DNA of 62,272 nucleotides, the filler included, from Sphacelaria rigidula (taxonomy: Eukaryota), in the NCBI GenBank assembly GCA_964200075.2. It is 11 parts of 11 records of this genome, joined end to end, with 100 filler letters (N's around TTAATTAATTAA, not from the genome) between each part and the next. Parts side by side here need not be neighbours in the genome. Positions count along the whole stretch, not along the records: positions 11,343 to 16,912 come from CAXNAA020026231.1; positions 17,013 to 22,582 come from CAXNAA020026232.1; positions 22,683 to 28,252 come from CAXNAA020026233.1; 8 more parts are not named here. The stretch is one strand, 5' to 3'. Positions 13,022 to 25,980 of this stretch are shown in pieces. The notes beneath the pieces were generated by a model. It did not search any database. It was given only the letters and a program-made list of their open reading frames with translations, and was not told the origin of the DNA. Made by a program: the position numbers and the translations under genes. Position 1 is the stretch's first letter, and each line of letters starts with the position of its first letter.

Positions 13022-15845
13022 TAAAAAAAAAAGTGATACTACTGTATTGTACCAATACACCATCTAGCACAAATAATAAAAGAATTATCAACTAGAGATT
13101 GGACTACCCTGGGGAAATAATTATCATAATTAAAAAAAAAAAATCATATATAGCAAAAATAATTACATGGATACCTGATAAGAGAACGAATTCCATCTCG
13201 GACAGATCGCGTAGACCCCCCCGTCGCCGGAGCCAGACCCCCCACACCCGCCTGGTCTAGATTGCTACCCCACGACCGACCACGACTATTAGACTGATGG
13301 GGATCGCCCTGCCCACCGATTGACTCCCTGTTTTATTTAAATATGACGGGGAAAAGATGAAAAAAGATAGCGAAGAAAAAAAAACAAGAAAGAGAAATAA
13401 AAATTGAGCATTGCGCCGCAAACACCGCGGGGGTACTCATGATCATGCATGCCATAGTCATATGGCCATTGACCTCGTATCCCTGCAGGAACCGGGATGG
13501 AGCACGCCAGGTTTTCGCCGGACCAGGCTCGAAATTAATCGCCACGAAGGCGCCGTGATGTGCTCGGTCAGCCACAAAAGGGGTTAGCTGCATCCTGCAA
13601 AGATTGTTCGGTCCGAAGCGTACTGATTGTTTTGCATATGGATGACAGCCTACAATGAGTTGCTTGGTTTTCTGGCATCGACGCTTCCAGAGATGAGCAC
13701 GGGTTACGCTGTCTCATGGTTATTACACCATTTAAACACTATGTGGTACGATCATCCCCTTTGCACCGGGGGGGAGGGGGGTCCAGCGCTGTAGTAAGCG
13801 AGTATGGAAACAGGGGCCAAGTGAGCTAGCTCATGATGCGCATTAGTACCATTTTAAGAAGTAATATTCAGGTAGCTAATGAGCTGCCCGGCGTGCGTAA
13901 CCATGGATACCGTAGGTACCCCCCATCTCCAAATCTCCTCGCAAAGTGCCACATACCTGACCATTCCCGATCGCGGCATGTGCACCGTCTGGTCCATGGC
14001 TCGATAATTCTCGTTGCCGTACTCGCCCGCGATGTTACTCTCGATTACCTTAAAAACGAGTTCATGCGGAGTGTACAAGCATAGCATCAGATCACTATCA
14101 AGTTATATCATGCCACATCATGCACGAATCAAATCAGAGTCCCCCCACCTCTGAAGAAAAAAAGAGGGCATGGTTATCATATCAACAGAACAAAACAAAA
14201 AACAAAAAAAGCAGGAAAAGCAAAAAAAGTGTGAGGGGAGGGGAGGGGGGAAAATAAAGAAGTGGAACGAAAAAAATAAAAGTGGAGGGGTGATTGATCA
14301 ATCAATGCAAAAAAATACAAACAAACAAAAAAGTCGGCACAGAAGAAAACCACAACACATCCACGATCTATAGAAACAAATGACATGCTTACCCGATCGA
14401 CACCACCCTCCTCCTCCACCTCCTCCGTGATGTGAAACTTTCGGTGATACTTCTGCCACGTATTCCTTAACCGGGGCGGCAAATGCGCAAACCGACTCCC
14501 GCCCCTTGCAGCTCCCCCTTCCGTACCCGTGCCCCATCTGAGGTGATTGATCCCCGACGCAGAAACCGTGGACAGTCTTCTTTGCAGCCTCCCGCCCGCA
14601 TTCGAGCCGAACCCCCACATCTAGATGATTCCCACGGGAACGCGTTGTTTGGTTGATTGGTTGGGGGGGGGGGGAAGGGGGGGCGGGGGCATAGGTATAA
14701 CCTCAAAATGGAAGCTACGTAAGGACTAGGGTAAGGTGGTTGGGCTTGACAAACTTCTAATGCGTCAGGCATGAACGTGTAACCATAGTAGGCACTTAAG
14801 TTGAACCAGACGCTGGATAATGACAACATACGTCATTGGCGAGAACTGTACTGCGTGATCGTATTGAGACCTTTCGACTACTGTGTTAAAACGCCGCTGG
14901 TTGTCGTACATGAACTGACTTTTTACGAGCCCCGCCGGGGCCACAAGATGGAAAGAGCGTACGCCCAACAACGGTAGTAAAACAAGCGGGAAAAACTTAT
15001 GAACAGCACACACAGCGAAACGATTGCTATGTTCTTCATACTCTGCAGCACATGGTTTCGTCGTATTCTGAGTAGTCGAGTCTCCTTTTGCGGGCTATTT
15101 TGCTCCGTCGCCCGTTCACCTCGTGTACAGTACACTTGACAAGGACAAATTTCGTGACAATTAGACCATGGGCTGGATTCGTATACTGTAGCGGATCAAT
15201 ACATGCAGGGCAACTGTTCAACCAATCGATCATCAACTGCTGCCCACGTACAGCAGCAGCCCTCTTTGTATGTCTCCACGTACAGGAAGCAAACCACACT
15301 GCGAAAAACGACATAACTTCTAACAACGACAACAACGACAACAACAACAACAACAACAACAACAACAGCGACACCGATGCGACCTGTAGCTCTAGGCGTA
15401 AATCTACAGTTGATTTTTTTTTTTTTTCAACCAACCTTAACCCCGACCCAGGGTGTACGAGATCCTCGGGCAGGGGGGGGGGCACAGGTTTCCCTAGGCA
15501 ACGTGCGCGTTGGGAGACCTCAAATCGACGCCGCAGGCGCTGATTTCGACCAGAACACATTCTGGACGAGCTGGGTCCACTGCTCACCTGCCCCAACCCA
15601 TGAATTTTCTCAGAACTTTATTCGCCCTAAAATCAAGTAGTCGTGCTGTCAGCCATAGATTCACGCCCATAGCTATGGGTCTACTACCGACACCACGAGT
15701 TTTGTCTCAACAAGGGCGATAGGACAATAGACTCACCCCGGAAGGAGCGTTGGCCTGGATTTCTTCCTCCTCTCCATTTGCCAAAACGACACTTCCATAC
15801 CGAATCCTGTGCCAGTAGACGCGACTGGTCATCACGGGAATATAC
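11645..15845 (-). CDS. 3' exons of an unknown protein with a G/S/R-rich tail: 15845-15737, 14620-14393, 14048-13957, 12704-12476, 12278-12208, 11786-11645
   Basis: All six have AG/GT boundaries with compatible phases, giving YIPVMTSRVYWHRIRYG...|MWGFGSNAGG...VDR|VIESNIAGEYGNENYR...|HMSHGVG...GIK|LRVMQPPVPP...|IAAAGDP...PGR*; no recognisable domain; the 12278-12208 exon is the weakest. Confidence 0.5.
12971..13022 (+). repeat. (TAA)n microsatellite
   Basis: Direct reading. Confidence 0.95.
13429..13775 (-). mobile_element. SINE-like ~320-bp repeat, copy A
   Basis: Homologous to 16145-16465, 21637-21945 and 28426-28530; 3' end ...gggatacgaggtcaatggccatatgactatggcatgcatgatcatgagtaccccc resembles the LINE tail. 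Confidence 0.7.
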
Positions 15846-15887
15846 CTGGACACCACACAGCGCACGAGTGAGATTCCCCGCAAAAAA

Positions 15888-16110
15888 GGAGGGGAGGGGA
15901 GGGGAGAGGGGCGTACTCATTTGTTGCTTGATCTAGTCGTTTGACCATTGACCACGCATCCCTTCCGAGACGGGGCACCGTTCCTACTCCTAACAGAGAC
16001 ACCTCCAATATTCAGGCGCCCATTACGTTTCTTCCATACACTACACAACAACCGTTTACATATCTTATCCCTGTCCTGTTTCGCCGTCTATGGCCACCAT
16101 CTATCTACTA
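15888..16110 (-). mobile_element. LINE 3' fragment (~220 bp)
   Basis: Reverse complement matches 6600-6810 (gatagatggtggcca.agacggcgaaacagg ... aaatgagtacgcccc). Confidence 0.85.
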
Positions 16111-16144
16111 GTAAAACCATTGTTGTAGTTGGTGGTGGTTTTTT

Positions 16145-16465
16145 GGGGGGGAGGTACTCATAATTTTGCGTGTTGTAGTCGTAATACCGTTGACCTCGCA
16201 CCCCTACAAAGCCGGGACGGAGTACGCCATGTTATTGCTGGATCAGGATCTCAATAAATCACCAAGCGCAAATCGCGGTGTTGTGTTCGGCGAGGCGCAC
16301 GAGGGGTGATCTGCATCCTGCTAAGATTGTTCGGCCCGAAGCGTACTGATTATCTCGCATATGGATGACAGCCTATAATGAGATGCTTCATTATCTGGTT
16401 TTGCCACTTCCAGAGACAGCCAAGGCTTACACACGGCCTCATGGGTGTCTCACCCATTGCAGGGG
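16145..16465 (-). mobile_element. SINE-like repeat, copy B
   Basis: Shares blocks such as gattgttcgg.ccgaagcgtactgatt and gcatatggatgacagccta.aatgag with copy A; ends gagtacctcccccc. Confidence 0.72.
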
Positions 16466-17012
16466 TAGACGACGATATTGATGCAGAATCAAGTACAGAG
16501 AGGGTCCCCGTATAATGCGACGAGTCGCCAGCCCTGGTACGACTGTACTATGCTCGAAATCTGCACTAAACTGGTAGACTGCAGATGCGTGATATTAGTA
16601 TATCGAATCAGACTTGTGACAATCGGTTTTCGCACTTGAGAGTGCTAGGACCTCCACCGCAGCATAAACATGAAGATTCGAGCAAATTTGGAGTCAAGAA
16701 TCGCAGTGAATGTGCTGCTCAGGGACCGACCAAAACTCATCTACGTGGGTAATGACCGACTTGACAGAAACACGATATACTCGAAGGGTTGATCGATGGC
16801 AGCGGCAGATGTTTCACACGATGAGCTATGACCTCCCCCCCCCCCCCCCCCCCAAAAAAAAAAGAACAAAGGGAGGGGGGGGGGGGGGTGTGTGGTTGGG
16901 GGTGTCTCTGGGNNNNNNNNNNNNNNNNNNNNNNNNNNNNNNNNNNNNNNNNNNNNTTAATTAATTAANNNNNNNNNNNNNNNNNNNNNNNNNNNNNNNN
17001 NNNNNNNNNNNN

Positions 17013-17085
17013 CGTCTCGAAGGGGATGCGTGGTCAATGGTCAAACGACTAAGGCAAGCAACAAATGAGTACGCCCCCCCCCTCC
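17013..17085 (+). mobile_element. LINE 3'-end fragment with oligo-C tail
   Basis: Near-identical to 11343-11414. Confidence 0.85.
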
Positions 17086-17750
17086 TCAAGAAAATTTGCT
17101 GGTTTGAGGAGGCAAAATCTATGCCCGAATCAAAATGACAACGGCCGAGCACACCGAGAAACTGTGAACTCTCATACGTGGCATCGTTTTCGCTATTCGA
17201 TATGAAGTGCTCCATGCAGCCTGTAACCAGCTTTCATGCGCTGTATGGCCGTTTTTCTTCGTGATAATTTCGGGGCCAGTTTCTGGTGGGGGCTACTGCG
17301 GCATCACTTTTGTATCGTATTCACACGCCAGAGCATGTATGCCGATTTCTGAGGCGCGTACCTCTGTATTTCTACTTTGGGGGAGTGAGTCGGCAAAGAA
17401 CGACCGCGGGGATAGTCGAACCGTTCGAACGAAGTTTTGAAGTGCCGCAGTAACTCGTTAGCGCTGACTGATCGCTCAGTGGTTGTTGTGGCATTGGAAC
17501 ACCCAATGATGTCGTGCTCTCGGACGTTTAGTATAGAGGGTAATTCGTATTGCTGGGGAATCAGCTGGTATAGGTATTGAGTTTCAGCTACCGTGGCAGT
17601 GTGGGTTCCCTGAAGCGGGGAGATGGGATACCGTTAGGGCTTCAAATCAGCCCGGAATCCACGGAATAAAGCAAGGGTGTGTCTCACGTCCTGTCTTTTG
17701 CTAGCCACCCTGTCCTTGCAGATTAAACTAACGTCACTAACGGTGTATTT

Positions 17751-19404
17751 CAAGGTTGTGTTCTGTAGGGTACGGTTATGTCCTGTAGGGTATAGAGATT
17801 CTTTCAAAACGTACAGAAATATCGAGCACCGGAATGAAAATCTTGGAGAAATTGCAGAACTTGTCTGGTAGGGTATGAGAGGCTCACACGAAGAACCTCA
17901 CCGGCGGGTATTTCCCGGGTACGGGTAAACATTCTGTACAGAACTCACACAGCTGTCGGGTAAGGGTATGAGAGGCTCACAGAAGTCACAGAAACGGTCG
18001 AGTAGGGTACGGAGTTTGCACAAAAAAACCGAGTGTGCACAGAAAACCGTACCCGCAACCTGGTATCTTATCAAGGGCATACCCGTGCCCTCGGGAACGT
18101 TACGGCACGAAGTGTCGAGTAAAAGGGTACGAAGTCTTTCAGAGTTTACAGATCTGTCGGGTACCGGCGTAAAATAAAAGTCTTACAGAAGACACAGAAC
18201 TGTCGGGTACGGGACAGGCTGGGCCGCCTCAGAAGCGGACTTTCCCTCAGCCGGTTCTAACTGACCATCTATCGCGAGTTGTGCCTACTACGACACATCA
18301 TAGTAATCGGCAGGACAACGCGCGTCTCTTACTTCACGCAGCACTGCGATATGACAAGTTCCCATCAAGCGAAATACCACACTGCAGTCAGCTGCGGAGT
18401 GTAGGTAGTTGAGGGTGGCATGTGCGGCGGAATTAGGGGGAAAAAACCGGCTGAAATCGCATTTACGGTTACAATCAGTTGTGCTGCGGCCGCAAAGTGA
18501 TGGTGCTGCGCTAGTTGTGGCTGTACAACAAGGCATGTCGTACTGTAGGCGCGCAGAGTCTGAGATGTCACGCAGACCAGACCTCCAGCGCGCCAAGGCG
18601 TCGCGCTTGTAGAAAACGTCAAAGTCCCGGCTGAGATCGTTGTACTCTAAAAGCAAGTGAACCGGTTCTCGACAGAAAAACGCGATTTCACTCCTCAAAT
18701 TGAAGTTGTTTTGCATGAAATTTTGAGACGATGTGTATCAGGTATATGTGAAGCCCCTACCGTTTGCCCCTCTTTTTTTATTCTCCTCATATGTTATCGG
18801 TGATCTGAATTTCGCAACAATTTGTCCTGGTACAAAAGCGTCGACAACCCATTGAAAAGGAAAGAAAATGTCAAGGGGGAACAAAAGGGACTTCATAACA
18901 TACCTCGTGCGCATCGTGTCGGAATTTCGTGAAAAAATACTTGAAATTGAACAGCATAACCGCGTTTCATTTTTTCGTGGCTGGTAATTCTCCACATGGG
19001 AACCAGTCTTGGACACGAACACGCGATTTATCAGATTAATTTCGGGTCGTTTTAAATGAAACTTTGACACGATGTACAGGATGTGTGTGCGAAGACGCCC
19101 CCAATTGTCCCGCACATCTTGTTTTTTTTCTCCGTGAGTTATCGGCGACCAAACATTTCAGAACAATTTTCCCGCAACAAAATCGTGAATAGGTTGGAAA
19201 AAAAATGTACGGGGCAAATGGGGGCGGGGCGTCTTCGCACACACGTCCTGAACATTGTGTCGAAATTTCATAAAAAAATGACCCAAAATTGAGCTGCTAA
19301 ATCGCGTCTTCACATCCCTGCCCGCGTCTTGGGCGGCCCAGGCTGGTAATACCCGGGAAAATACTCCGGGTACAGCAAAGCGTACCCTACAAAACACAAC
19401 CTTG
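17751..19404. mobile_element. Non-autonomous hAT-like DNA transposon with internal minisatellite
   Basis: TIRs caaggttgtgttctgtagggtacg / cgtaccctacaaaacacaaccttg; 8-bp flanks gtgtattt / gtatattt (7/8); internal repeats cagaac..acagaa.tgtcgggta.gggta. Confidence 0.8.
18215..19345. mobile_element. Nested TIR element inside the hAT-like element
   Basis: Ends caggctgggccgcctcagaagcgg / ccgcgtcttgggcggcccaggctg; no clean TSD. Confidence 0.65.
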
Positions 19405-20116
19405 GTATATTTGATCTGTTATATTCTGTTCTGACCTGTTGTATGGTGGTTGTTACGTTTGCTGTCGTACGCACGCGTGGTATATTTGATCTGTCCCGGA
19501 CAGAGCATTCTAATAACTTCACACTGACTTTTGGTTACACTTTTCCGTCGATCGATGGATGATGACCGGTGCATTGCTTACACCTCATGTCCCGCGGCCA
19601 GTTCGGAAAAGTGCAGCGCAGGTGCGTTCGTCTTTGCAAGGATCAAGCTATCCATACCTATACAAGCGGCTCATTGGCATGTGCGCGGGTACAGTCCCAA
19701 ATGGTTAACCTCCTGGATCGAACTCCCTCTACCCACCCCCCGCTTCCCGTCCCCGGTGACGTACTGCATGTATGGATCCTATCGTCGTTTATCGGATGGC
19801 GAAAGGGATACGCGGACGCAGTCATTTCCGTGCCTTGTTTGCCGTGTCATGCAGGACACGTACCGTTACACGTCACAAGTTGAGCATCGGGCCAAGCTTG
19901 TACTACGATTGGGAACCACGTTGGGAGCCCCGGTGCTGTTCCTTCAAAGTCAAGTCAAATCGGGGCTCCTCACGTGATCCCCCAACGTAGTACTAGCCTG
20001 GCCCGACGCCGCTTCACTCGTGACGTGTAACGATAAGTACCCTGGTGTCATCTTCTTGTGCCGTTGTACTGTCACGGCGCTTTCCCTGATTCGATCTTGT
20101 GTTTGTCATCATCCAG

Positions 20117-20951
20117 GCGCAGCCCACGGCAGGAGTTTCTTGGACAAGCTGGTTGATCCAAGCGCTAGTGCAAGGGAGTACGAGGTCAGCTGACGATCAA
20201 CCTCAATTCTTGGACACTTTTTACGATAACCCCCCCCCCCCCCCCCCAAAAAAAAAAAGCAGCCCAAAACTGTCACGAAAAAAATGGTCATAGAGCGCCT
20301 GATGTTTGTATTCGGGCTGCATGAAGCGCTCGATACGGGCGACGTTGGCGACAACGATCCCAAGTGTGGTAATTCTCAGCTGCTCGTTGTGCTCAGCTTT
20401 TTTCATTCCGATTCACGTGTATTTTAGATTTCGCCACCCCAAACCAGCCGCTTTGGAGGGAGGGGACTATCGTAGAAATTGTCTTTGCTGTCGCTGAGTT
20501 GTTTCTCTCTCCCCATCCCCGTGTGTCTTCTTTTTTTCTCTTGTGCATCTGCTTCATGAGTTTTTTATTTCGCGAAGTACTCATTGTTTCAACATCATTC
20601 ATCCGGGTTTTTCTTTGAGGTAATACGTCCAACTGGTACGATTACGTAAGACAATGCTTTTTATTTTTTCGAATTTTTCGAGGTTGTAAATACCCTTCCA
20701 GCTTTCCACGTGGGAGGAAAACTCTTCATCCTGACTAAATAGCCTCTCAAGTAAAATGTCGTGATACATACTGCCAAACGCTGAGCAGTGGAGAATGATC
20801 ATAACACACTCGTGTGGCGGGTGACTTTCAGGTTGTATTCGGACTTTCTGCGAACTCTGTGGACGGACGTCCAGATTTAGGTCTCACTATGGAGGCTGAC
20901 TATTACGGGAACCAGGCCATTGTTAAGGGATTCTCGCTCGTCAACGGCAGG
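20117..20951 (+). CDS. Two exons (20117-20184, 20832-20951) of a probable PDZ-like domain protein
   Basis: cag|...|gt boundaries; spliced AAHGRSFLDKLVDPSASAREYE|VVFGLSANSVDGRPDLGLTMEADYYGNQAIVKGFSLVNGR; the YEVVF...LGL...IVKGF pattern is PDZ-like. Confidence 0.55.
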
Positions 20952-21264
20952 GTGAGCACAGTGAACACTCAAACGGTTTTTTTTTCTCGTCTGCGAAAAA
21001 AGTTGCACCGTGTAGAAAACGTATTCTATTGTTTTTTCTTCTTTTTTTTTTGTCGATGTTTCCGACTCTACTGTACCCGAGGTTTTCTTTCGCTTTTGTT
21101 GGGGTCACTGGTGAGACAACCACGGCAAAGTTATGCCCGTACGGATCAAAAGTGTTTTCGAAAAATAAAGGGAAAGAGTCGTACCGTACGAAGCGAGGGT
21201 GGGATAAAATGGCAGAGAGAAATCACCGAAAACACGTTCGAAAGAGTAAAACTGTATGGTAGAA

Positions 21265-22486
21265 TACTGCACACATCGGACAGCTCATGAGCTACCCAAA
21301 TACTATTTCTTGGTAGTGTACCGATCCGGATCATGAACTAGCTCATTCCGCCCCTTTTTTCAAATTCGCTCCCCCCAGTGCTGAACGACGAGCACGAGGA
21401 GTAGCGCAAACATCGCGCTTTGTCCAATCGAACCCTGCTGTCACATACTCATGTTTTTGGACAAGAGATCTCAGAGTCCTCTTCGATTTATTATTTTAGG
21501 GAGCTCATGAGCTGTCCCAAGTGTAAAATGCTACAGTGTAACGATCTGTACGTAGTATACCACCACCCCCTTCATACCAAACTCTCAATCCTGAACTCCG
21601 CGCGAAGGTAACAATCGTATGACGTAGTGTTGAATTGATGAGACACCCATGAGGCAGTCGGAGCGTAACTGGTGCCTGTCTCTGGAAGTGGCGACAGCAG
21701 GAAATGAAAAAAAAACTCATCGTAGGCTTTCAGCCATATCCAAGATGGTCAGCTAGTATGCCTAATGCCGAACACTGTCAGCGGGAAGCAGCTCACCCTT
21801 CATGCGACTCGCCGAACACATCACTGCGCTTCACGCTCGATGATTGCGAGTCTGGTCCAGCGAAAACCCGGCATGCTCCGTGCCGGCTTTGTAGGGATGC
21901 CAGGTCGAAGGCCTTACACTACGGCACGCGAGATCATGAGTACCAAAAGGTTTTTACCCAGGGGTCATTATGTACCGTATTTACGGTATTCGGAGATGTG
22001 TAGGTCTTTCGATGTCACGTCACATTTTCTCATGCCCACTTATATTGTGACAAATGGTTGTTTGCCAGGCCTCTGCCAGACCTCGCGATTCTAGCTATTC
22101 GGAATTGTGAGTCAGGCTCCCGTCAGTGATGTGGTCTAAAGTGCCCAATACATATATGTGATGACGACACTTGAGGTTTCCAAGGTAAAATATGGTGTCG
22201 ATTGTGTCTCCAGTCAAGCTTTCACACGTGGGACAGGTCATGAGCTACCTGAAATAAGTAATCGAATAGAGCTCTCAGATCCATTGTACAAGAACACAAA
22301 ACACGTGACAGCAGTGTCCGAGAAGCCAAAGCGTTACCTTCCCGCTACGCCGCGTGCTCCGCGTCCACGCTGTCTAGAGCTCATACGGTAATAGTGGCCA
22401 AATGAGCTAGCTCGTGATCCGGATCAGTACTCTAATAACAAGTAATATCCAGGTAGCTAGCTCATAACCTGTCCGACGTGTGCAAG
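21265..22486. mobile_element. Pair of ~270-bp diverged inverted repeats (21265-21531 and 22216-22486); a partial third copy lies at about 13813-13900
   Basis: Reverse complement of 21455-21530 aligns with 22216-22300 (gggacag.tcatgagct.cct.aaataa.taatcgaa), and of 21270-21350 with 22397-22486. Confidence 0.65.
21637..21945 (+). mobile_element. SINE-like repeat, copy C
   Basis: gagacacccatgaggc...tgtctctggaagtggc...ctccgtgccggctttgtagggatgccaggtc...catgagtacc. Confidence 0.65.
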
Positions 22487-23639
22487 TTTTCAAACGACCC
22501 CTCCCCCCCCCCCCCCCCCCCCCCCCCTCTCCCACCGCCCCCCACCACCACCACCCCCCCCCACCTCTACGCCCCCACGACCNNNNNNNNNNNNNNNNNN
22601 NNNNNNNNNNNNNNNNNNNNNNNNNNTTAATTAATTAANNNNNNNNNNNNNNNNNNNNNNNNNNNNNNNNNNNNNNNNNNNNAACGTAAGCCCGCATTGC
22701 CCGCAACATATGGGTCTTGTCTCCGGCGTGAACCATGGGCATGGCGCCTGGTCATTGGTATGTGGCTTGACTCCGCACACGGTGAATCGAGCCCAATGGC
22801 TTCGATACTAATGATTGTGTTTGGGCACGCTAGCCCCCGGTACCCACTGAAGTGGCAACTTCCTACCTAGGTGGTGAGTATCGACCCATGACATGGTGTC
22901 CAACCGTGCTTGTGTAGAGTCAACACTGGCATGCTCCGACCACAAGCTTTCGGAGGGGAGCTTTTGCTGGCGTGTGGGTCGGATCAGGTAAAATGTGACT
23001 CCTTTTATATAAAGTAAATAGTGTGCCGGTTCACAAATGGTAGTGTCCACAGCGTATCTTACCTGCAACATCATTTGGCATGTAGTAGACAGTGCCTTTG
23101 AAGTTCACGACTGGGTGTCTCTGACATCGTTGGAGAGCATGTACAGTGGAGATGGATGGTATGCTGATTCGGCTCTTCGCACTCTTCTGTTCCTCCTACT
23201 TACCATTCGTACGTTGAGCATAAGAAGTTGAGCATGGGCTGTGCAGTTTGTTCTTGTCCCGTGGTACCCTTTGTTCCTCCTTGGGTTTGCCCCGTGGGTG
23301 CCGTGTGCTTCGTCTTTCCGCCCGCTTCATAATTATACCGTACTCATGCAGAAACAGATCATCAGGTGATCAGAACCGGTTTCTCAACAGTGTCGCGCCC
23401 TACGATATGACGGAGGTAACTAGACGTTCAAAGCACAATGACCTGAGCCGATATATCATTGAATGAAAGGCAAATACGGTCGGTACGAGGACATGTACGA
23501 GCATCTGTACGAGCATCATGAAGAGGTGCTACAATTTTCCATCCCGGCGGACTCGTCATTTTACTTCGGGCTGCATGATGAAGACTGCTACTCTTCAGGG
23601 CTTTTGGGGGCTGCTTTCACATATGGCCGTGATGTCTAT

Positions 23640-24013
23640 CCATGCTGCTGTGGTGTCTTCGTCACACGGCTGTGTTGTTGTTCTGTGCTGTTACTCGTCG
23701 ATTCCGCGCCGCTGCTGTGTGTTGCTGCTGCCTGCCGCATGGCTGTGCTGTTGTTTTGTGCTGTTGCTCGCGCTGCCGTACCGCCGTTGCGCTGTTGTTT
23801 GTTGAAGCCGTGCCGGTGTTGCGTTGCCCTTATTGCGGTGTTGTTGCTGCTCGACGCACTGGTGTGCTGTTGCTGCCTGCCGTCGTTGTGTTTCCTACGC
23901 GCGGCTGTGCCGTCGTTACTGTTGCTGCATGCTTCCACTGCCTTTGTTGTTGTTGTTGTTGCTCTTGTTGTCGTTGTTGTTCGCTGTTGTTGTTGTTGTT
24001 GCTGTTGTTGTTG

Positions 24014-24050
<37 letters not shown>

Positions 24051-24110
24051 CGTTGCTATTGATGCTGCTGCTGCTGTTTTCACCGTGCTTTCTGCCATCC
24101 TGGTTTGCTA
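23640..24110 (+). repeat. Degenerate (TGY)n trinucleotide microsatellite region
   Basis: tgt/tgc runs, perfect at about 23945-24075. Confidence 0.9.
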
Positions 24111-25619
24111 TTGTTGTCCCGCTTTTTGTGTTGTTTTTGCCTCTACCGCCTACTGCCGGCTGTACTTTTCTCGTTTGCTATCGCATCGCATGTTGTCATG
24201 TGCATGCGTATTTTCCGCCCTCATGTTCTTTTCGAACCTTACTTCGATCTGATCGCACAGTTTTTGTTTTGTCATTGTCACCTGCATTTTATCACCTTCG
24301 CCTGACCTACACCTGTTCACCCATATATCACCGCTGTACCTAACCAGCAATGATCGTGTTCCAGGCATTCTCCATTTTATTTAGTTTTTTGTTGCATATT
24401 GAATTGGGACTATCAATCCACCATGATCAGTATGTATTTTGCATTTTATTGTGGCCATGGGGATTTGTGAAATGCACGTGCGGTAAAGCTTCCAATTTTT
24501 TCGGTCTTGATTGATTTTCTTTCATCGTACATTCCAATACTTTCTGCATCTCCGGGTGTCGTGTCTGCCATAGCTTTCTTTTGAGCCACCCAATTGTATC
24601 GCGTGTTATATAATTTTTCGCCGCCGTCGTCTTGCTCTGTAGAGCTGCACGATGTTTTATTCATGTTTTGGTAATTTTGTAAGTGTTTAGCGATCGTGAT
24701 GTTTTTCTTTTGACCGGGCGGGGTGTAGGCTATCCGCAGGGCCTTGTCTGCTGCGCTGCCTGCACTCATCATGCTTGAGCAGGATTCCGCTTGTAATCGT
24801 TTCATCTATCTGGTTCGCAAGGCCGAAACGCCGAATTTACCGCCCGGCACACGACATTTCGATCTGCGTCACGTGGTATAAAACCGAGCCATATTTTTAC
24901 AGACTCCAAGACTCTTAACGCGTACTAACCGTGCCCTCTATTACTTCCTCCCTTGTTTCACCTACACTCTTGTCTTGGGTGTGTCACATCCCGATGAGGG
25001 AACCGGCGCTGAACGTGATTGCTTTGGGGAGGACACACAGGAAACAGTGAACGGTTTGCTCATGACAGTATGTTCCGGCGTGGAGTGTCAGCAATCTGGC
25101 TTGGTGTAGCTAATCCCGTGTACCTTTTTACAGGATTCTGGTGGCAGGGTTATTGCCTCGGTGTCAGTTGACATGATCTCCATTTATATCCCTCTCTGGT
25201 GATCGATTGTATGGTTTGCTAATCAACATGTTGACTTCTTGACGCACCCTGTATCGTAGTCGAATACTACCTTTTCCCTTCCTGATACCGTATTTGGATA
25301 CTACATTGTTCAGTTGCTTTAAACTTGGCTTCCGATACCATGCAACCACAAACATTTCCGTGCAATGTCTTGTCATTACTAATGCAGATCGCAGACTTAG
25401 TTTCCCTTCTTTATCTTTTTGCCCTTCATGCCCAGCGTACCATGTAAGTTGACAGCGCGACTACATACCGTGTCCGTGACAATTCTTACAGACCCTACAT
25501 ATGGTTTTCAGACACTCATTCCGCTGATGTTGTCGCTGAACCCCCTTCAGGGGGGCGAAGCACGAGCTCCATATTTTTCGCTGGTTGTTGCCTCGCGTGC
25601 CCACCCTTTGCCACAAAAC

Positions 25620-25980
25620 AACGCGGCCTACCACCATAAGAACGCCGCATGATCGGAAAAGAAATGCACCAGCTTCTCGACCGAGGTGTTGCTCACCCAA
25701 CTTCCCCCGACAAAGTTTGTCGACTACACGATTTTATGCTTGGTAAAATTCGCCAAATTCGCCAAATATATCTTTACTACAGAGTCTCACAGGTTCTTAA
25801 CCTGTTAATCCATAATACCGGCATACAACCAGCCCCCTCCAAACGCAACGCAATTAATTAGTTGTCACGTCCATACAGTCGAAAATCTACGTTCGTTTCT
25901 GAACCCACCGGGTACCTTGGACAGTTTGTCCAGGAGCGTAGCATTCTAGTCGCCCCGCTAACCGATGTCCTAAATAAGTA
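25620..25980 (+). pseudogene. Internally deleted Ty3/gypsy pol relic
   Basis: ERRMIGKEMHQLLDRGV..PTSP (RT start) and TVENLRSFL/TGYLGQFVQERSILVAPLTDVLNK (RT thumb), with a frameshift and a missing RT core. Confidence 0.6.

Noticed and set aside
16390..16465. Self-cleaving ribozyme at the SINE-like 5' end
   Set aside because: Hairpins are present, but hammerhead, HDV or twister cores could not be matched by eye across copies.
22870..23420. Candidate short exons (e.g. ...LLLACGSDQ|gt)
   Set aside because: I could not join them in a consistent phase.
23463..24343. Long Cys/Leu/Ala-rich ORFs
   Set aside because: They are open only because of a (TGY)n microsatellite.
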